Positions 13,801 to 27,100 of a stretch of DNA of 64,000 bases are shown here, piece after piece. The stretch's first letter is position 1. Every line of letters starts with the position of its first letter. The position numbers were made by a program, and so were the translations under genes. Source of the stretch: Lingula anatina (taxonomy: Eukaryota > Animalia > Brachiopoda); assembly GCA_051362555.1 (NCBI GenBank), contig CM120640.1, positions 36,041,967 through 36,105,966 on the forward strand, in the 5' to 3' direction. Under the pieces are notes generated by a model. The model saw nothing but the letters and a program-made list of their open reading frames with translations, searched no databases and was not told where the DNA came from.

Positions 13801-16800
13801 AAATCTGATCATAGATATGATTATGAATATATAGAATGACTTATTTTACTGTATCAGATCAATATTAAAAGGATTTCAAACAATGAAAAAAAATTATCAA
13901 AATTCTAGCAATCAACTCAGTAAATAATACAACTTCTCTACAAAAGCTCTGTTATTTATAATCATACCCCATGATATGTTCCCTTGGGACCAGGTGGGCA
14001 TTTGTGGCTATCTTTCCTCTCTTGCCCAAGTTCTCCCCTTTGCTTTCCTTGTCCTCAGCTGGCAAGTATGGAAAATGCCCGGAAAATATCATAAATACAT
14101 GCAAACTCTATAGCCTGCCATGACAATGTTAATATTTACTTAGTCTGACAAGGTAAAATAAATGAAAAAAAAAATCCAACATGTACATGTAAAAACTAGG
14201 CATACATGTTATTAAACTACACAAAACTAACCATATAGTCATATTTCCCATAAGAAATGATTACAACACTGAAATCTTCACCACAGATATGCCCTCATGC
14301 AAAATGATCTACTAGTCTTTCAAACACCTTAAAATGAAATGTAAGTAAAACCTCCCAGTCAGAAACTGAAGATAAACATCACCCAGTGTAATCCCTATAA
14401 GTGCATGTAGGTGGTCATCTTTACTTTCAAAATGAGATAGCATATAGACAATAGCATATAATGTTAAGTTTAAAGCAAGCACAGCAGTCCTATACCTGCC
14501 ATTGGCCATGAAAGTCTCCTTCCAGTGGCAATACATGACCCAATACCAAAGGGATTGGTTGTTAAGGTTGCCCGCAACCAAGACTGGAGCATTCTAAAGG
14601 AAAACGTCCCAGTGATCTGAAATAACCAGACATGCATATGCTAGCTATAGTCTATTGGTCTTAACTTTAAAAACAAAAAATTAAGTCTATTTTGAATCAT
14701 GAATCAGAAGTTGTCAATTCAAACAAGGACATTTGGGGTGTTTCACAAAGAGTGAGAATGGACAATGCTTGAGACTGCTACATTTCATAGGACTACAACA
14801 GATGCCATAAACATTTTATCAGTGATGCCCTAAAAAGAAAATTCAGATTTTCTGAAAAGCAGGTTTAGTTCTTGCCACAGAGTATGTTGAAGTGAAGCAT
14901 TAACAATTATGAACCTTGAAAAAAAATTGATATCCAAATATGTGAGGCATTTGTAATCATTCTTGAGTTAATTCTATTTATTAACACCCTTTCCCATCTA
15001 ACTATAACATACAGTATCTCCACTGCAGTTGTGTTTTAAACACCATATCCCCAGTCTGTCATGCATCCTATCATGCCAGATTTATTTTTACCTTTGAGAA
15101 TCCACTCTTAGCTTTCACAGCCTGTGGTGTTAGTGCCAGTTCATGTATTGGTGTCACAGCCCTGGGGAAAAGAAAGACATGATGAACCTTAACACATTCA
15201 ATGTACAGTGTATTATGTAGAAATATGCCAATAAAGCAACAAGTTTGAATGCTGCCAGGTGTAATTATTAAATGTGCAGTATCAACTGAAAATTTAATGA
15301 ATTTAAAAAATGGGTTTAAGAGACACCTACTTGCTTCTATCAAGAGACCCTGCAATGATGAAACTGAGTGCCTCCACTGCCTCCATACTGAGATTCACAT
15401 CACTGCCTGCAGTGCCATATGCATCTGAAAGTAATATTTTTTTTCTTCAAAATTATTATTAATAATGTATAATCATTAATAACAGGATACTACAGTACTT
15501 CAGAGCACAGCAATTTATTCAGATTGGGCTTTTAAGAAAGATATCAAAGCTGTTGAATAAATACAAAATGTAACTTGTAAGTTTTAACTTTTAAAAAATT
15601 GAACAGTCATTACAATTATGCAAATAACCTGCACATCAAAAGTACTAATGACTCATTTTAGATGGCCGTGCTGTTCACCTTCTACATACCTGGCTCAATA
15701 AGTAATTCCATTAATTCATTCAGGTGGTTTAACACAAAGGTCAGGTGACTGTGTTCATCCAGTGCCTTTAAGAGAAAAACGTTGGAAGTACAAACATTGT
15801 GTGATGACTAAACTATTTTCATGTATATATTAAATAATAAGTTAAAATATCTATACACTTTGTTATGGAAAGTGCCTTTGTTATGGAAAGATCTCTTTTC
15901 ATAAATCTACTACACTATACTTAGTAAAAAGGAAAAAAACAAGGCAGCAAAGCTGTCAAATGTACAGACAAAAAGCAGGAAATAACTATGCACAAAATAG
16001 GCTAATGTCAATTCTGATGCAAAAGTACATTATGTTAAACTGCAAATTTAACATCAAATTTTAATTATGCTCAACAGGTAATACCAATGTAAGTAAAATG
16101 TGTAACAAGCATAAGGCTTCAGGCCCATGGGAGTTCAAGTTCACACTTTGAACATGTATAACTTCCAGAAAAAGAAGCCAATTAGACTGCTTTTCCAACT
16201 CAGGCTGCATGCCGATTTCGAACTTGACTTGCGTTTTAGTAAGATCAATTACTCCTGTGAGTTTCATGACAACAAGCCTATCGGTTTTTCTTGAAATGTG
16301 TTTACAGTGTTGCATATATGCTGAAAAGTGAAAAAAAAAAGCATAACTTCTACAATAAAGGCCCGATCATGCTGATTTTTTAACTTGACCTGTGTTTTAT
16401 GAATATTCATCAGCTCTGTAAATATAAAGCCCAAAAGTAAAACTGCCTTCCACTTATCGTGCTTACAATGAAAGTGCACGGCGACGGCGATGACGGCGAC
16501 GACAGACACAGGTGATGTCAATATGTACAGACACATCTATATATATTTACTGTACTGTTTAAGAACAGTAATTGACATGGTTTTTCTTAAATGGTCATCA
16601 TGGGAACAGTGCCCAAAATAGGTTTTTTTCAAATTTTGATGCAATATTACATAATGTTTAACAGCATAATGACCATCAATTTTTAATAATAAAATATTAG
16701 TATCATGGATGTTCAGAAAATGTGACTAGCAAAGGTTTTCAGGCCCATGGAACTTCAAAGTCACAACTTGAAAATGCCAAAATGTAAACAAGACAGCACT

Positions 16801-19800
16801 GTTCTGAAATGTTTTTTTTCCATTTTTAACAATTTTTAACATAACACAAAATTAACGGTTTACTGCCATTTTTATATGATCAACTAAGAAAATTGATGAG
16901 ATGGAAAAAATATCAACAGAGCAGTGTTAAATGTCCAATTTCTTCCATTCTGAGATTCTGAACATAGTGAATGATTGAATCTGACAAACTGCAATGATAT
17001 GAGTTTTTTTCTATTTTTGAAACTTTATGACACAATACATGATAACAAGTTTACCATCTTTTTTACAAAATCAACTAACAATGTTGTAAAGATGCAGGAA
17101 ATGTCAAACAAACACTTTTATGTATCTTATTAGTTTAATAATGAGACTGTTAACATGCCTAAGAATTGAATCTGAGGAAATGTGAAAAATATGCTGAAAA
17201 GTGAAAAAACAGCATAACTTCTACAATAATGGCCCGATCATACTGATTTTCGAACTTGACCTGCGTTTTATGAATATTCATCAGCTCTGTAAATATAAAG
17301 CCAAAAAGTAAAACTGCCCTCCACTTATCGTGTTTACAAGGAAAGTGCACGGCGCCGGCATCGGCATCGGCATCGGCATCGGCATCGCCATCGGCGACGA
17401 CAGACGCAGGTGATGGCAATATGTACAGACACATCTGTGTCTGTACATAAAAAACATGAAACAAAGTAAGGGTCTATATGAATGTTAAAGGAACAGGTCA
17501 GGAATTCAGCACCTGAAAAGGTGACAAGAAATCTATCCCATGTTTTTACCACACAAATTAGCTGATGCCTAAAAGTGACTTTTGACAAACAGCACTCCTT
17601 CTGATGGCATTTGAAATTTGCTTTGTTTTTTACACACCAAGTTTTAATTAGAACTCTGTTCTAGTTCTTGACAAAAACCTCTTCAGAAGTCCTACCTTAG
17701 ATGAAGATGGTGTTGACCTGCCCTCTAGCTCTGGGGATCTTGATCTACTTGGCCATCTTTGGAACTAGAGTTAAGACTTTTTAAACATTAAAACAAATAT
17801 AATCATATACGTTAAAAATTTTTTTGACAGCTTAGCACTTAAAAGTATCAATATCTATTAATAAACATATCATAAAATTGAAATTTTAATTGTGCATATA
17901 CCTGTTCCAAAGTAACCATTTACAAATCGAGGCAACACAAGATTTAACAGATCAGACTGATGAATGAAAAATATATATTTGTAACCTGAAATATGATTTT
18001 AAATTAACACCAACCAAAGGATACTCCTCATTCAGTACCATAGATGTCCGCAAGTTGATTTTGTGAAGTTGCTGTATGTACAGTAACAGCACAAATTTCA
18101 GGGTGTCCACTGTCAGCTGTGCCCGCCATTTGTCTGTCAAAAAATTCATGCATATAATGTTTAAATATACATTCTAATTCACACAATTTTTTTTCACATT
18201 TAAAAATTGGAGAAAGGCGTATTTGATAAATAATATATACAAGATTGGAAAAGGAATTAAAGCAGTGTCTTTGCAAACAAGAAATCAAGTAATAAAGTCA
18301 ATGAAATATATAGAAGCTTACCACGATCTGCTGATGTTTTACACTTGGCTAACTGATTGTAAAGAGCAACCTTTTGTCCTGATGGCATGTCACTCAGTAG
18401 TAAATAACCCTCAAAATACCTACAAAACAAACATAATTGTGCTTTAACAAATTTTCATAAATATCTTAGTTCACTTACTTAATTAGTAACAAATATTCAG
18501 GGTGTCTTTTGCTGAGTCAAGGCTCTTGGAAGTTTCACAAGTTGAAGGTTGGGAGAAATGACAGAGCTCATTTGACCCATGTAATGTCTAATCAAACTTC
18601 ATATGGCCTTACCATAGTCAGCTATGTCTTTTTAAAACAAACCAACACAAAAATTGTATGTTGCTATGAAACTCTACTTGATAAATCGCATGTTAAATAC
18701 TTACATCCATGCTAGGTCTTCTGATAGCTGCAGTTTGTTGCAAGCTATGTGCTTCCACACTGAATAGCTGTAAATAAAACATAACAATCATAAAACATTA
18801 TAATATCTTAAAAGTCAATTATAATTACAAATGAAGAATCAATTTTAAGTTTGAAAGAATTTTATGATCTAGTTACACTAAAGACAAATTATGAGTCACT
18901 CAAGATTACATATAACCAAGTTGGTTAAAATGTACATGATTTGAAAATTATATGGATAAAATAAAGTTTGAGTCTATTTTTTAGTATTTGCAGGCCCTAA
19001 AGAGCTAAATTATTAACTTCATATTTTCCTCAAACATCGTGAGGGTCAACAAAATGTGCAAAAAATTTTGATCAGTAACTTTCCAGTCAGAAATTGAATC
19101 AAAACCTAAAAATAATTTTGGAAGGTCAGCAAGCATCATGGAAGTTTACTTAAGCTCTAGGAATTTTTTGCTGGTTGGTTGGGCACAATATAGACAGGCA
19201 AGCAATGGCACCTGAGCTCTTCAAAGACTTCAAATACAGAACTTGTGACAAAAACTATAAATCTCCCAGTATATAATTTTATTTAAAATTTATTTATATA
19301 CATAATATAATGATTTTTAGAAAAGCAAAGAAAATGATCTGGTTATAGTTGTTAATATGATCAGAAGATTAAAAATAGAAGAGACTACATATCTAAGCCT
19401 TGAACAGTTACAGGTAACTATGATCAAGTGTGTGATCATGGGATGACAAGTTCACTTTTGATATTATCTATCAGCAGTAACTCAATTAAAATGTCAGGTA
19501 ACTCTGCTGATTGCAATCAAGGATTAACCAATCAAGGTAACCCCTTTGATCAGACAACTGTACAATTACCTTTAATTAAGTACCTGAAAGATACAGTAAC
19601 CTTAAAGGGGAATTAAAGGGAAATTTACAGCCATTCAGGTAACTTTGATTACCTGTGATCAAAGGGAGTATGCACTGGTCAAAAAGATGGCTTCTTTTAA
19701 CAGCTTTTGGACTCTGAAGTATATAAGCTGATAAAAGTTTGGAATCTGGAAGCACTGTTGCAAGTGCCACTGATTTGCCACCATGTCACTCTCTAAAACT

Positions 19801-21588
19801 GCTGCCAGACAGAAAAATTATAGAGAAAGACTTCAAAGTAATCCAGAGAAGTACAAGGAAGTGAAAAAGAAAGACAATGAAAGGCATTTGGTTAGAAATA
19901 TGACAGAGGCTGTTTTGGAGGAGAAACGCAGAAGAGACAGAGAAAGGAAAAGAGAGGCAAGAAAAAGAAAAAGAGAAATGGAGAATCTCCCCCCTGAGTG
20001 CTCTTCCTATCAAGACACTTGGTCTCTTGAGGAAGCCACTAAAAGAGTTCAGAAGTGTCTGCCAAAATCTCCTACAAAGCAAGCTGCAGTCTTAGCACAG
20101 ATCTACAATGAAATGTCTCCAAGGAGGAAGAAGATGTTTCACGAGCAAATTGAGCTTATTGATGAAACAGAAGACTGTGGACAGAACCGTTAAGGAGATG
20201 GCCCAGGAAATGTCTTGTAAATCAAGATAATCAAGTCAAACTATAGGTTGAGATGATAATGATATTGAAGTCACATTTTACCGAGCACAAGATTCTTTCA
20301 AGATGCTGTTAATTTTAACACTCAAAAAGACAGGACCAGGGTGTCAATAAAAATAATCAGGACTTGCCTTAACAGTAAATGAGTACAGTTCTACACAGTT
20401 ATATAAAAAGAGTTGGAATAATCTGATTAATGCATGGTTTCTACTTAGCTTATACAACAGACCTTCACAAAGCTAAGTATACATTGTCTATGCATAAATT
20501 TTGACACTTTTAAGTTAAAACTGTTAAAACAAACCTGATATTATACTCTAGTATTAAATAATTATGTTATATTTTTAAAGCTGATCACATGATTAATAAA
20601 TGTATTTTGCTATTACTGGAAATTATCTTTAAAACTAATGCTGGTAAATAAATTATTAAATATTATTTCATGGTCTAGTATTACTTTTTTTATGTAGAAA
20701 TTTTAGAAAATGGACAAAATGTCCTTTTGAAATGTGTCCTTTTAAAATTAGTTTAACGTTGAAGATTCATGTCCATTTCTTGACTGAAGAAATGCTGACT
20801 GATCATCTGTCTAATTTCACTGAGCTATATGCAAGGCAAAATTGAAACGTCTCTTATTTTTCTTTTTTTCTTATGTTTCCTGTCTTCTTGATTGAACAAA
20901 AAATAAGACGTGGTGAAAATCTTTCTGAACATTTAAAGAATATGTAGCCTTCCATGGAGCTTTTAAGGCGAGAGAATGTTGGCTGAAATTAAATATTTTT
21001 GAAAACATGTACAATACCTCAGTTGTGGAAATCCAAGTTTCCCTTTGGTCTTAGCATAAGGCACAATCTTTTTGACATTCTGAAAGTAAGAAAACAACAT
21101 GTGAAATACAATATTTTAAGACATAAAAATGACAGTTTAAATACTGTGAAGACATATTCTATTTGTTTTGGCACTTCCCACATAAATTATTAATAATAAT
21201 ATATAGTTTGTATCACGTGGTGACAAATTTGTGATTCTTAATGGACATTCACCATTTTTTCTTGAAGGCATCTAATACTTAATATCTACACAGCAAAACA
21301 AATGAAATCTTTGAATCTCTACAATACTGAAGTTCATAACACAAAATACTAAATTACTGAACCTTTGAATCTCTACAATATTGCAGTTCATAACATAAAA
21401 TACAAAATTACTGAAAATAAGCTATTGTTAAAATCAAGTCACACTTCTGTCGTCTTATTTTCAGTTGAAATAGGACTGTTCCTAAGACTCACGTGTGGTG
21501 AAAGGCGAGGGTGTGGTGCCACCTGGAGTGCCCCATAGTTGAAGGGTTCTGCTTTCACCCACAATATAACCGATGATGGAGAACTCAT
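10849..21588 (-). CDS. TBCCD1: TBCC domain-containing protein 1; 18 coding exons (approx.): 21588-21493, 21079-21018, 18767-18705, 18419-18322, 18133-18025, 17756-17696, 15765-15690, 15424-15331, 15162-15092, 14616-14496, 14058-13968, 13755-13707, 13406-13327, 13124-13002, 12709-12534, 11725-11628, 11353-11204, 10932-10849
   Basis: Minus-strand exons give MSSPSSVILWVKAEPFNYGALQV, WKHIACNKLQLSEDLAWMYFE, LTVDTLKFVLLLYIQQLHKINLRTS, VKVHRCHFAYLYLLSPIRSVSIEKCRNS, FHLLTPTRPLILGGN..LAPYHTHYAKLEDHM, QREKQIDLWQKTVKEAGLSKEQRKQFQ and DWLVESGHKREVDGL. All are collinear with TBCCD1 as recalled. Stop TGA at 10851-10849. Confidence 0.93.
16320..16538. repeat. Interspersed repeat, copy 1 (about 220 bp), in a TBCCD1 intron, with a (GGCGAC)-like core
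   Basis: Nearly collinear with 17192-17436: tgctgaaaagtgaaaaa..gcataacttctacaata..ggcccgatca..aacttgacctg..gaaagtgcacggcg..aatatgtacagacacatct. Confidence 0.85.
17192..17436. repeat. Interspersed repeat, copy 2, with an expanded (GGCATC)n microsatellite
   Basis: Direct repeat of 16320-16538; about 5 units of (ggcatc) at 17357-17392. Confidence 0.85.
17757..18024 (-). other. U12-type (minor spliceosome) GT-AG intron in TBCCD1
   Basis: 5' splice site GTATCCTTTG (18024-18015) matches the U12 consensus. Branch-site-like GTCTTAAC (17777-17770) lies about 13 nt from an AAAG acceptor with no polypyrimidine tract. This junction restores the conserved EEWPS peptide. Confidence 0.8.
19783..20193 (+). 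CDS. Nested antisense single-exon ORF (136 aa; basic/charged coiled coil plus LPKSPTKQAAVL motif) in a TBCCD1 intron; possibly transposon-derived
   Basis: ATG in gccaccATG context with an in-frame TGA four codons upstream; purine-rich, coding-like composition in AT-rich intron; AATAAA at 20346-20351 and about 20595. Confidence 0.55.
   Translation: MSLSKTAARQKNYRERLQSNPEKYKEVKKKDNERHLVRNMTEAVLEEKRRRDRERKREARKRKREMENLPPECSSYQDTWSLEEATKRVQKCLPKSPTKQAAVLAQIYNEMSPRRKKMFHEQIELIDETEDCGQNR
21306..21416. repeat. Two-copy tandem repeat, unit about 53 bp
   Basis: ctttgaatctctacaata(c/t)tg(a/c)agttcataac..aaaatac.aaattactgaa occurs twice. Confidence 0.85.
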
Positions 21589-22100
21589 CCCGCGCGGGCC
21601 TCAATTCCACCTGCAATTTTCATGAAAAGTAATAAACACAGCGAGCAATTCATACTAAAATGTGAGTCTGCACGGTTAAATTGGTAGTTTGGATGATAAA
21701 AGGTAGTTTTGGGGAAAATTATAATTATTTTTTCAAATGTGATCGAATTTGTGTTAGAATGGAATGCAAAGGCTACGACGAGAAAAAAGGGATCAACCCT
21801 TAACGATAATACACCGAGGTCCCAACAATTGTTGAGATCCACTTCTTCATCTTAAAATGTTATTAAAACAATGGAAATCTCTTTGGTTTACAAAAAAAAA
21901 CTAAATTTAGTTTTTTATTTTACTAAATAGACACAAATAACACCCAAAAACGTCTTACCACCAAAATGAATAAACGACCTTCACCCCAAACACTAACATC
22001 AGTTCAGCACGGATGTTCTGCTAAGGTTTGATTGGACGAACATGAAAAATAAATGAAACACAAAAATATTACATGTAGGGAGTGAAAGGAGGTTTTTGAA
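21589..22100 (-). promoter_or_regulatory. TBCCD1 5'UTR, probable non-coding first exon (donor near 21958) and promoter region
   Basis: Acceptor ttgcag at 21616-21611 just upstream of the ATG; GTAAG donor at 21958-21954; CpG dinucleotides reappear from about 21470 rightwards. Confidence 0.45.
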
Positions 22101-24052
22101 TCAATATAAGGGCCGGTTGGTGTGTAAGCAAAGTTCTGTATGAGTTCAAAAGTAATAGTATATAATATCAACTTGGAGCAAATGTAAATGTGCTAGCTTT
22201 TAGGACGCAATCGCAACAAACACAATGGCAAGTAGACCTTATTAATATCACGTCTATACATTCTTACATTTACAGATAGACCTATACGAATACTTTATGT
22301 TGGCTTTGTGAAAGGATGATGCCCCGGTCTCCCCTATGTATAATACCCGGTGGATTGTTAATTTGGGCAATTTTCATTTTAAAAAAAGAAGTATTAAAAA
22401 TCCCACCAAAAAAGAGATCGGGTGACGCCGCAACTTGCAGCCTTTTCGATGGCATAGTTTTATTTAGGCCTATTCATTTATCTTCATATGATTGTCCAAA
22501 CATGAGTAGGCCTATATAACAATTAGTATTTTTATTACTTTTATCAATTGATTAAAGATAATGTTTTGGCCAAGATTATTCTTGTAGTTGTATGGTGATA
22601 AGGTGAGGGCGGTGAGGGGGAGGGGAAGAGTTTGGAACATTTCCAGGAAAATTTTACCTCATTCCTATAATTAAGATCAAAAAAATGTCCCGTTTTTGTC
22701 CCACTGAAGGCACAGGTGTTGTTTTGTACTAATTCAAAATGAAATGAAATATTGCGGTTATAAAGTGGAGTGAATATTGTTGTGTAACACCAAAGCTTAA
22801 TCAGAGACGCAATCAGCCCATCTTCACCACATGCGTCTCGGGTTGGCAAGAGCCCTTTAATCAATGAAAACGTATCAAATGGCCGCAACCATCTCCAATG
22901 AATTTACATTTAATTGCTACCGAATTGAGGCATTTAGACGCAGTCTCTCTTGTATTTAAGTTAACACATTTTTGTTATTTCAACTCGCATTCGTTGGTGT
23001 GTACATCTGTCTTTGGTCTCGTATAAGCAAAATCACTTAGCGGACTTAGCACCTTAAAAAAAGACCTGGTTCTGTAATTTCATAAGGTTAATTCTTTTTA
23101 GCTGCAGCTGTTCTTATCAGTGTACAAAAACAATTACTGCGAAATTGTGCAGTACAGTATATAACCTGAGTGCGTTCGACCTATTGCATAATATCATTTG
23201 CGTGTTCCTTTAATCGAAACAAATGTAGTTATGAGTCGTTGTAATAATCGTCCTTGTTTTTTCAATCATCATCAATGGATAGAGGAAGCATGTGGAAATG
23301 GTAAGGCGGGGGAGGGGGGGGGGAGGGTCTATGGAAATTTTAAAAGATGCCGTACTAAGTATGTGAAACAGGGTTACTATTTTTTAAAACTCCTGAAGGT
23401 AAGGGGCTGTATACCCCATTCTTCATTTGAGAGAGGCAGTGAGAACCCAAAATATGTACTCTTTGAAAATTTGAACTTTCATTTAACAATACAGTTGTTT
23501 AGAACAACAGTTTAAAAAACGAGATAAGAGTCCACTTAATCGCAACGTACATAACAAGTTAATTAACTGCTGTCGTGGAGCTAGTGAAACCCGACCCGCC
23601 CTCTCACGTGTACCTGTTCAACCGTATCACAGCGAGATTGAATGCACGACGCAACACCAGCAGTAATGTGTGGTATTTTAGTTTATAAACTACCCTGCAT
23701 TGTACATTATTGGCCGCGACAGCACAAGTAATCATCCGGCGGAGTTCAAAGTGCCGATACGGACTCGGTTACAACTTTGTTTAAACTCATCAGCAAATGA
23801 ACCCCGTTGTATCCCCCAAATGTATCGATGACTCAATAAAGTATTGTCAAGTGCTGGGCGCATGCAGAGATGATACAGAGATACCATGTGTACAAAACTT
23901 TAATAAAGGCACTCTGTTTGTCCGTCAGCCTCTTGAACAGGTATCTACTGTATAAGCATCATTTGAAGGTCGAATTAATGTTGCTTGCTTGTTATTAATT
24001 GTCCTTACTGCGTTAAATCTGTTTTAAGATTAAATCATATCGAGACGTCATT

Positions 24053-24053
<1 letters not shown>

Positions 24054-24110
<57 letters not shown>

Positions 24111-24138
24111 ACACCCACACACACACACACACACACAC
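24054..24138. repeat. Compound microsatellite (CT)n-(CA)n
   Basis: Seen directly. Confidence 0.95.
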
Positions 24139-27100
24139 ATTATAATCCCACGATCACTTTTGTACCATTTAAGATTGACGTCCTCTTGTATGATAAAAAA
24201 ATATGAGTTTTCAATAAAATAAAAGATTTACACAAAGATTGAAAAAGACACATCCCATATGTGTATGTAGTGGGTTAAATTGGAGGGTGTTTGCTATGGC
24301 GTGCTAGGCAGGTGCATTAAGTAGCTTTGCATTTCAACCCTTTCAAAAAAGAAGAATAGTTGAGTGGAAAATCTTCTACTTGCGTTCCAGCGAGAGGACG
24401 GGCACTTCGTGTAAAAACAGGTACGCATGCAGCGCTGTTTACAGTGTCCAAAAGTAATTTATCAGCACGCTGGGCGGAGACACACTTTATATCCTATAAT
24501 TACAGATATTGTTACCAGTTGACCGGTGTTGTATACAAGTCCCATACATTTCTTAATAAGATATTTTAAAGAAGAATGTCCCGGGTTAAAATAGATTTTA
24601 AAGAAGGAATTTTTTGATAGAATTTTCAAGGCCATAGTATCACGCCAAAGGCATTGGAGATATATTGCATCTCTACTTCTATGATTGCATGTAGTATCTG
24701 TCGTATTCGCAAGCATTCCACAGCTCTGTGGCAGTTGGTAAGGGGGTAATAGGTATTTGCTACTGCCCTGATAGCCCGCGAAGCTAACGTAGTTGCCACT
24801 GACGATTACACCGACGTTGCGTCACAAGTTCCGCAATGAAAACAATCGGAACGAGAAAATACTAACTCCTGAAGTGTCATTAACAACCCAGCGAGAAACC
24901 TGTCAAGAAAAGTCACCTCTCCTGACAAAGCAGCTTATTTGAGCTTACACTTGCTTACGACAATCTTGTTGCAACAGTCAGAACGTCAACAGCTCGGCAC
25001 AAAAGCGCTACCCCCACCTCGGGCGCCGTGGAGTGGTCATAAGAACGGTCCACGTGTGGACACTCTGTTTAAGGTGGGATCGGGGCGGTACAAGTTAACT
25101 AACCTGAGCTAACTGGCAATCACATCGATGTGGCTTTGCAGGCTTTGTAAACTACTTAAGTGAGGGCAACTGTAGGGATTATCCGAGTAAGGAATTTTTG
25201 TGTTTTACACTGAACTGACGTTGGACGATTCATTTGTAAATTCCGATCGAGTTTTAGACCCGAGGTTTGAACTGACCGAACGTCCGAAAACTGAGTTTCG
25301 CAATAAAAGAGAAACAAGGGACTGATATTGGATATCAGGTAAAGTACTTAATCCATCGTTTTCTAAACATTTTGTTGTGTATTTTAAATCAAATGAAAAA
25401 GAATAAGGCATACATAAGACTACTGCATGAATAGAAATCGTTTGACCAGAAAGAAAAGTATATATTTCATATGTTCCACCACGTGATGGCCTTTTTTTAC
25501 TTCGGTTACACTACTGAATAAAAACAATATATATGCGTTATCATGCCCCTCTTCACAGTTCTGGTTTTGATTTTGAGGAATGTAAGTGTAATATAATGAT
25601 GACCACACGAAGTAAACTGAATACACAGGGAAAAAAACTGATGTTGATGATGTCTGATAAGTGCCATTTGCGTTCATCTGGCAAAGGTCATGAGCACTGT
25701 CTGCAGTCTAGAGAAAGATAAATTCTACTATTTTGTTAGTGGCATTAGAAAAGGTCTTAAACAGCTCATAACGGAAGTACTTGTAATTTTTGCTGTGTTA
25801 TTTTTGAACTGGGCTACCCCTGTGATAAATTAGTTTCACATGGTTTTGCCGATTGGTCTTAATTCTTTTAATTGAATTCAGCGCAAATATTTTGTAATTG
25901 GCTGGGAGTTTTTTATTCTGTGGGAGTGTGGCGATTTACCTGCCCTCAGACATTTCAGCAGTTAAGAATACATATAAGGTAATCTTTCACCAAAGCGACC
26001 AGCTTCGAGGGCAGTAAAACTTATAACAGGCAATTGTTACAACTTGATCATAACCGAAAAACGTCTGAGTTTCGCTGGCGATGGAATGTTTTCATGGGAA
26101 CATTTGAGGAGTTGCCCGCGGCATGCGCATGCTCAACTAATTAAGAACACGATCCAAGAAAACACTCTAACAAACAAGTATCGGATGCAATCACGGTCAG
26201 TTATCATAATATTGAGACGTTTTATGAGATGGCTGTGACACGGAATTATGTCAGTTTTGAACGATACGTGGAAAAGAAAAATACTTCATTTAACGATCAT
26301 AATACCCATTTCAGAATAAACACAATATCCCGATATTGTCTGGTCTTCGCGTTCGGGTTGAAAGGCCATTCGACTCACCGATCAGTATCATACGACAGCT
26401 GAGTGCGTTCTGTTTGTGACGTAAGGGCGCAACCTAACCCACCGATTATACAACGGGGTCGCGGGAGGCACTACCGGTACATCGTGTTCTCTTCACGCGC
26501 CTCTGCGTGTGCGTTCTTGTGAGTAGTGCTTCCCCACCTCTCGCCCGTAAAGCCCGTAAAATTTGGATCAGATCTCGTATAAAAGAGATTAAGACCAAAT
26601 TTATATAATCACGTACCTTTTCTTTTCATTATCGTATTTTATTATTTCTAAAACGCAGAAAGTAAATTTCTCTTTTCTTTCTTTCTTTGACTTGTTCTGC
26701 TACATGTTTTAATATGAAGTGCATTTTAACGATCTTGTAAAAACGCTGTGAGTCATGTGCCACTGATTGTGATAAAAATTCCAAGTTTTCAAATCTTCTG
26801 GTTTATTTAAGGTTTGTCGCAACTGAAAATTCTAAACTGCCCAAAAAATAGTGGTACTCAATCAAGTGTAATTTTGAGGTAGACTTGCTTTAACTCTCAT
26901 CTTTCATCTAAACTCGTTGCCTTATCCTTTTTTGTCGAATTTTGCACCTTGTCTGTTTTATATCCCTCTGTCAAATGTAAGTAAGTGTGCATACTAGGAA
27001 AAATGTAGATTTAACGATATCATTTGATACTATATCAGACTTGTAGCACATTTTCTAGCAGATTATGAAAAACACTACGCCGCCCCCAAAAAGGTACCAC

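Noticed and set aside
16264-17588. Minus-strand ORFs 16264-16536, 17159-17464 and 17334-17588 with similar peptides
   Set aside because: They are translations of the duplicated non-coding repeat and its microsatellite (DADADA/RCRCRC).
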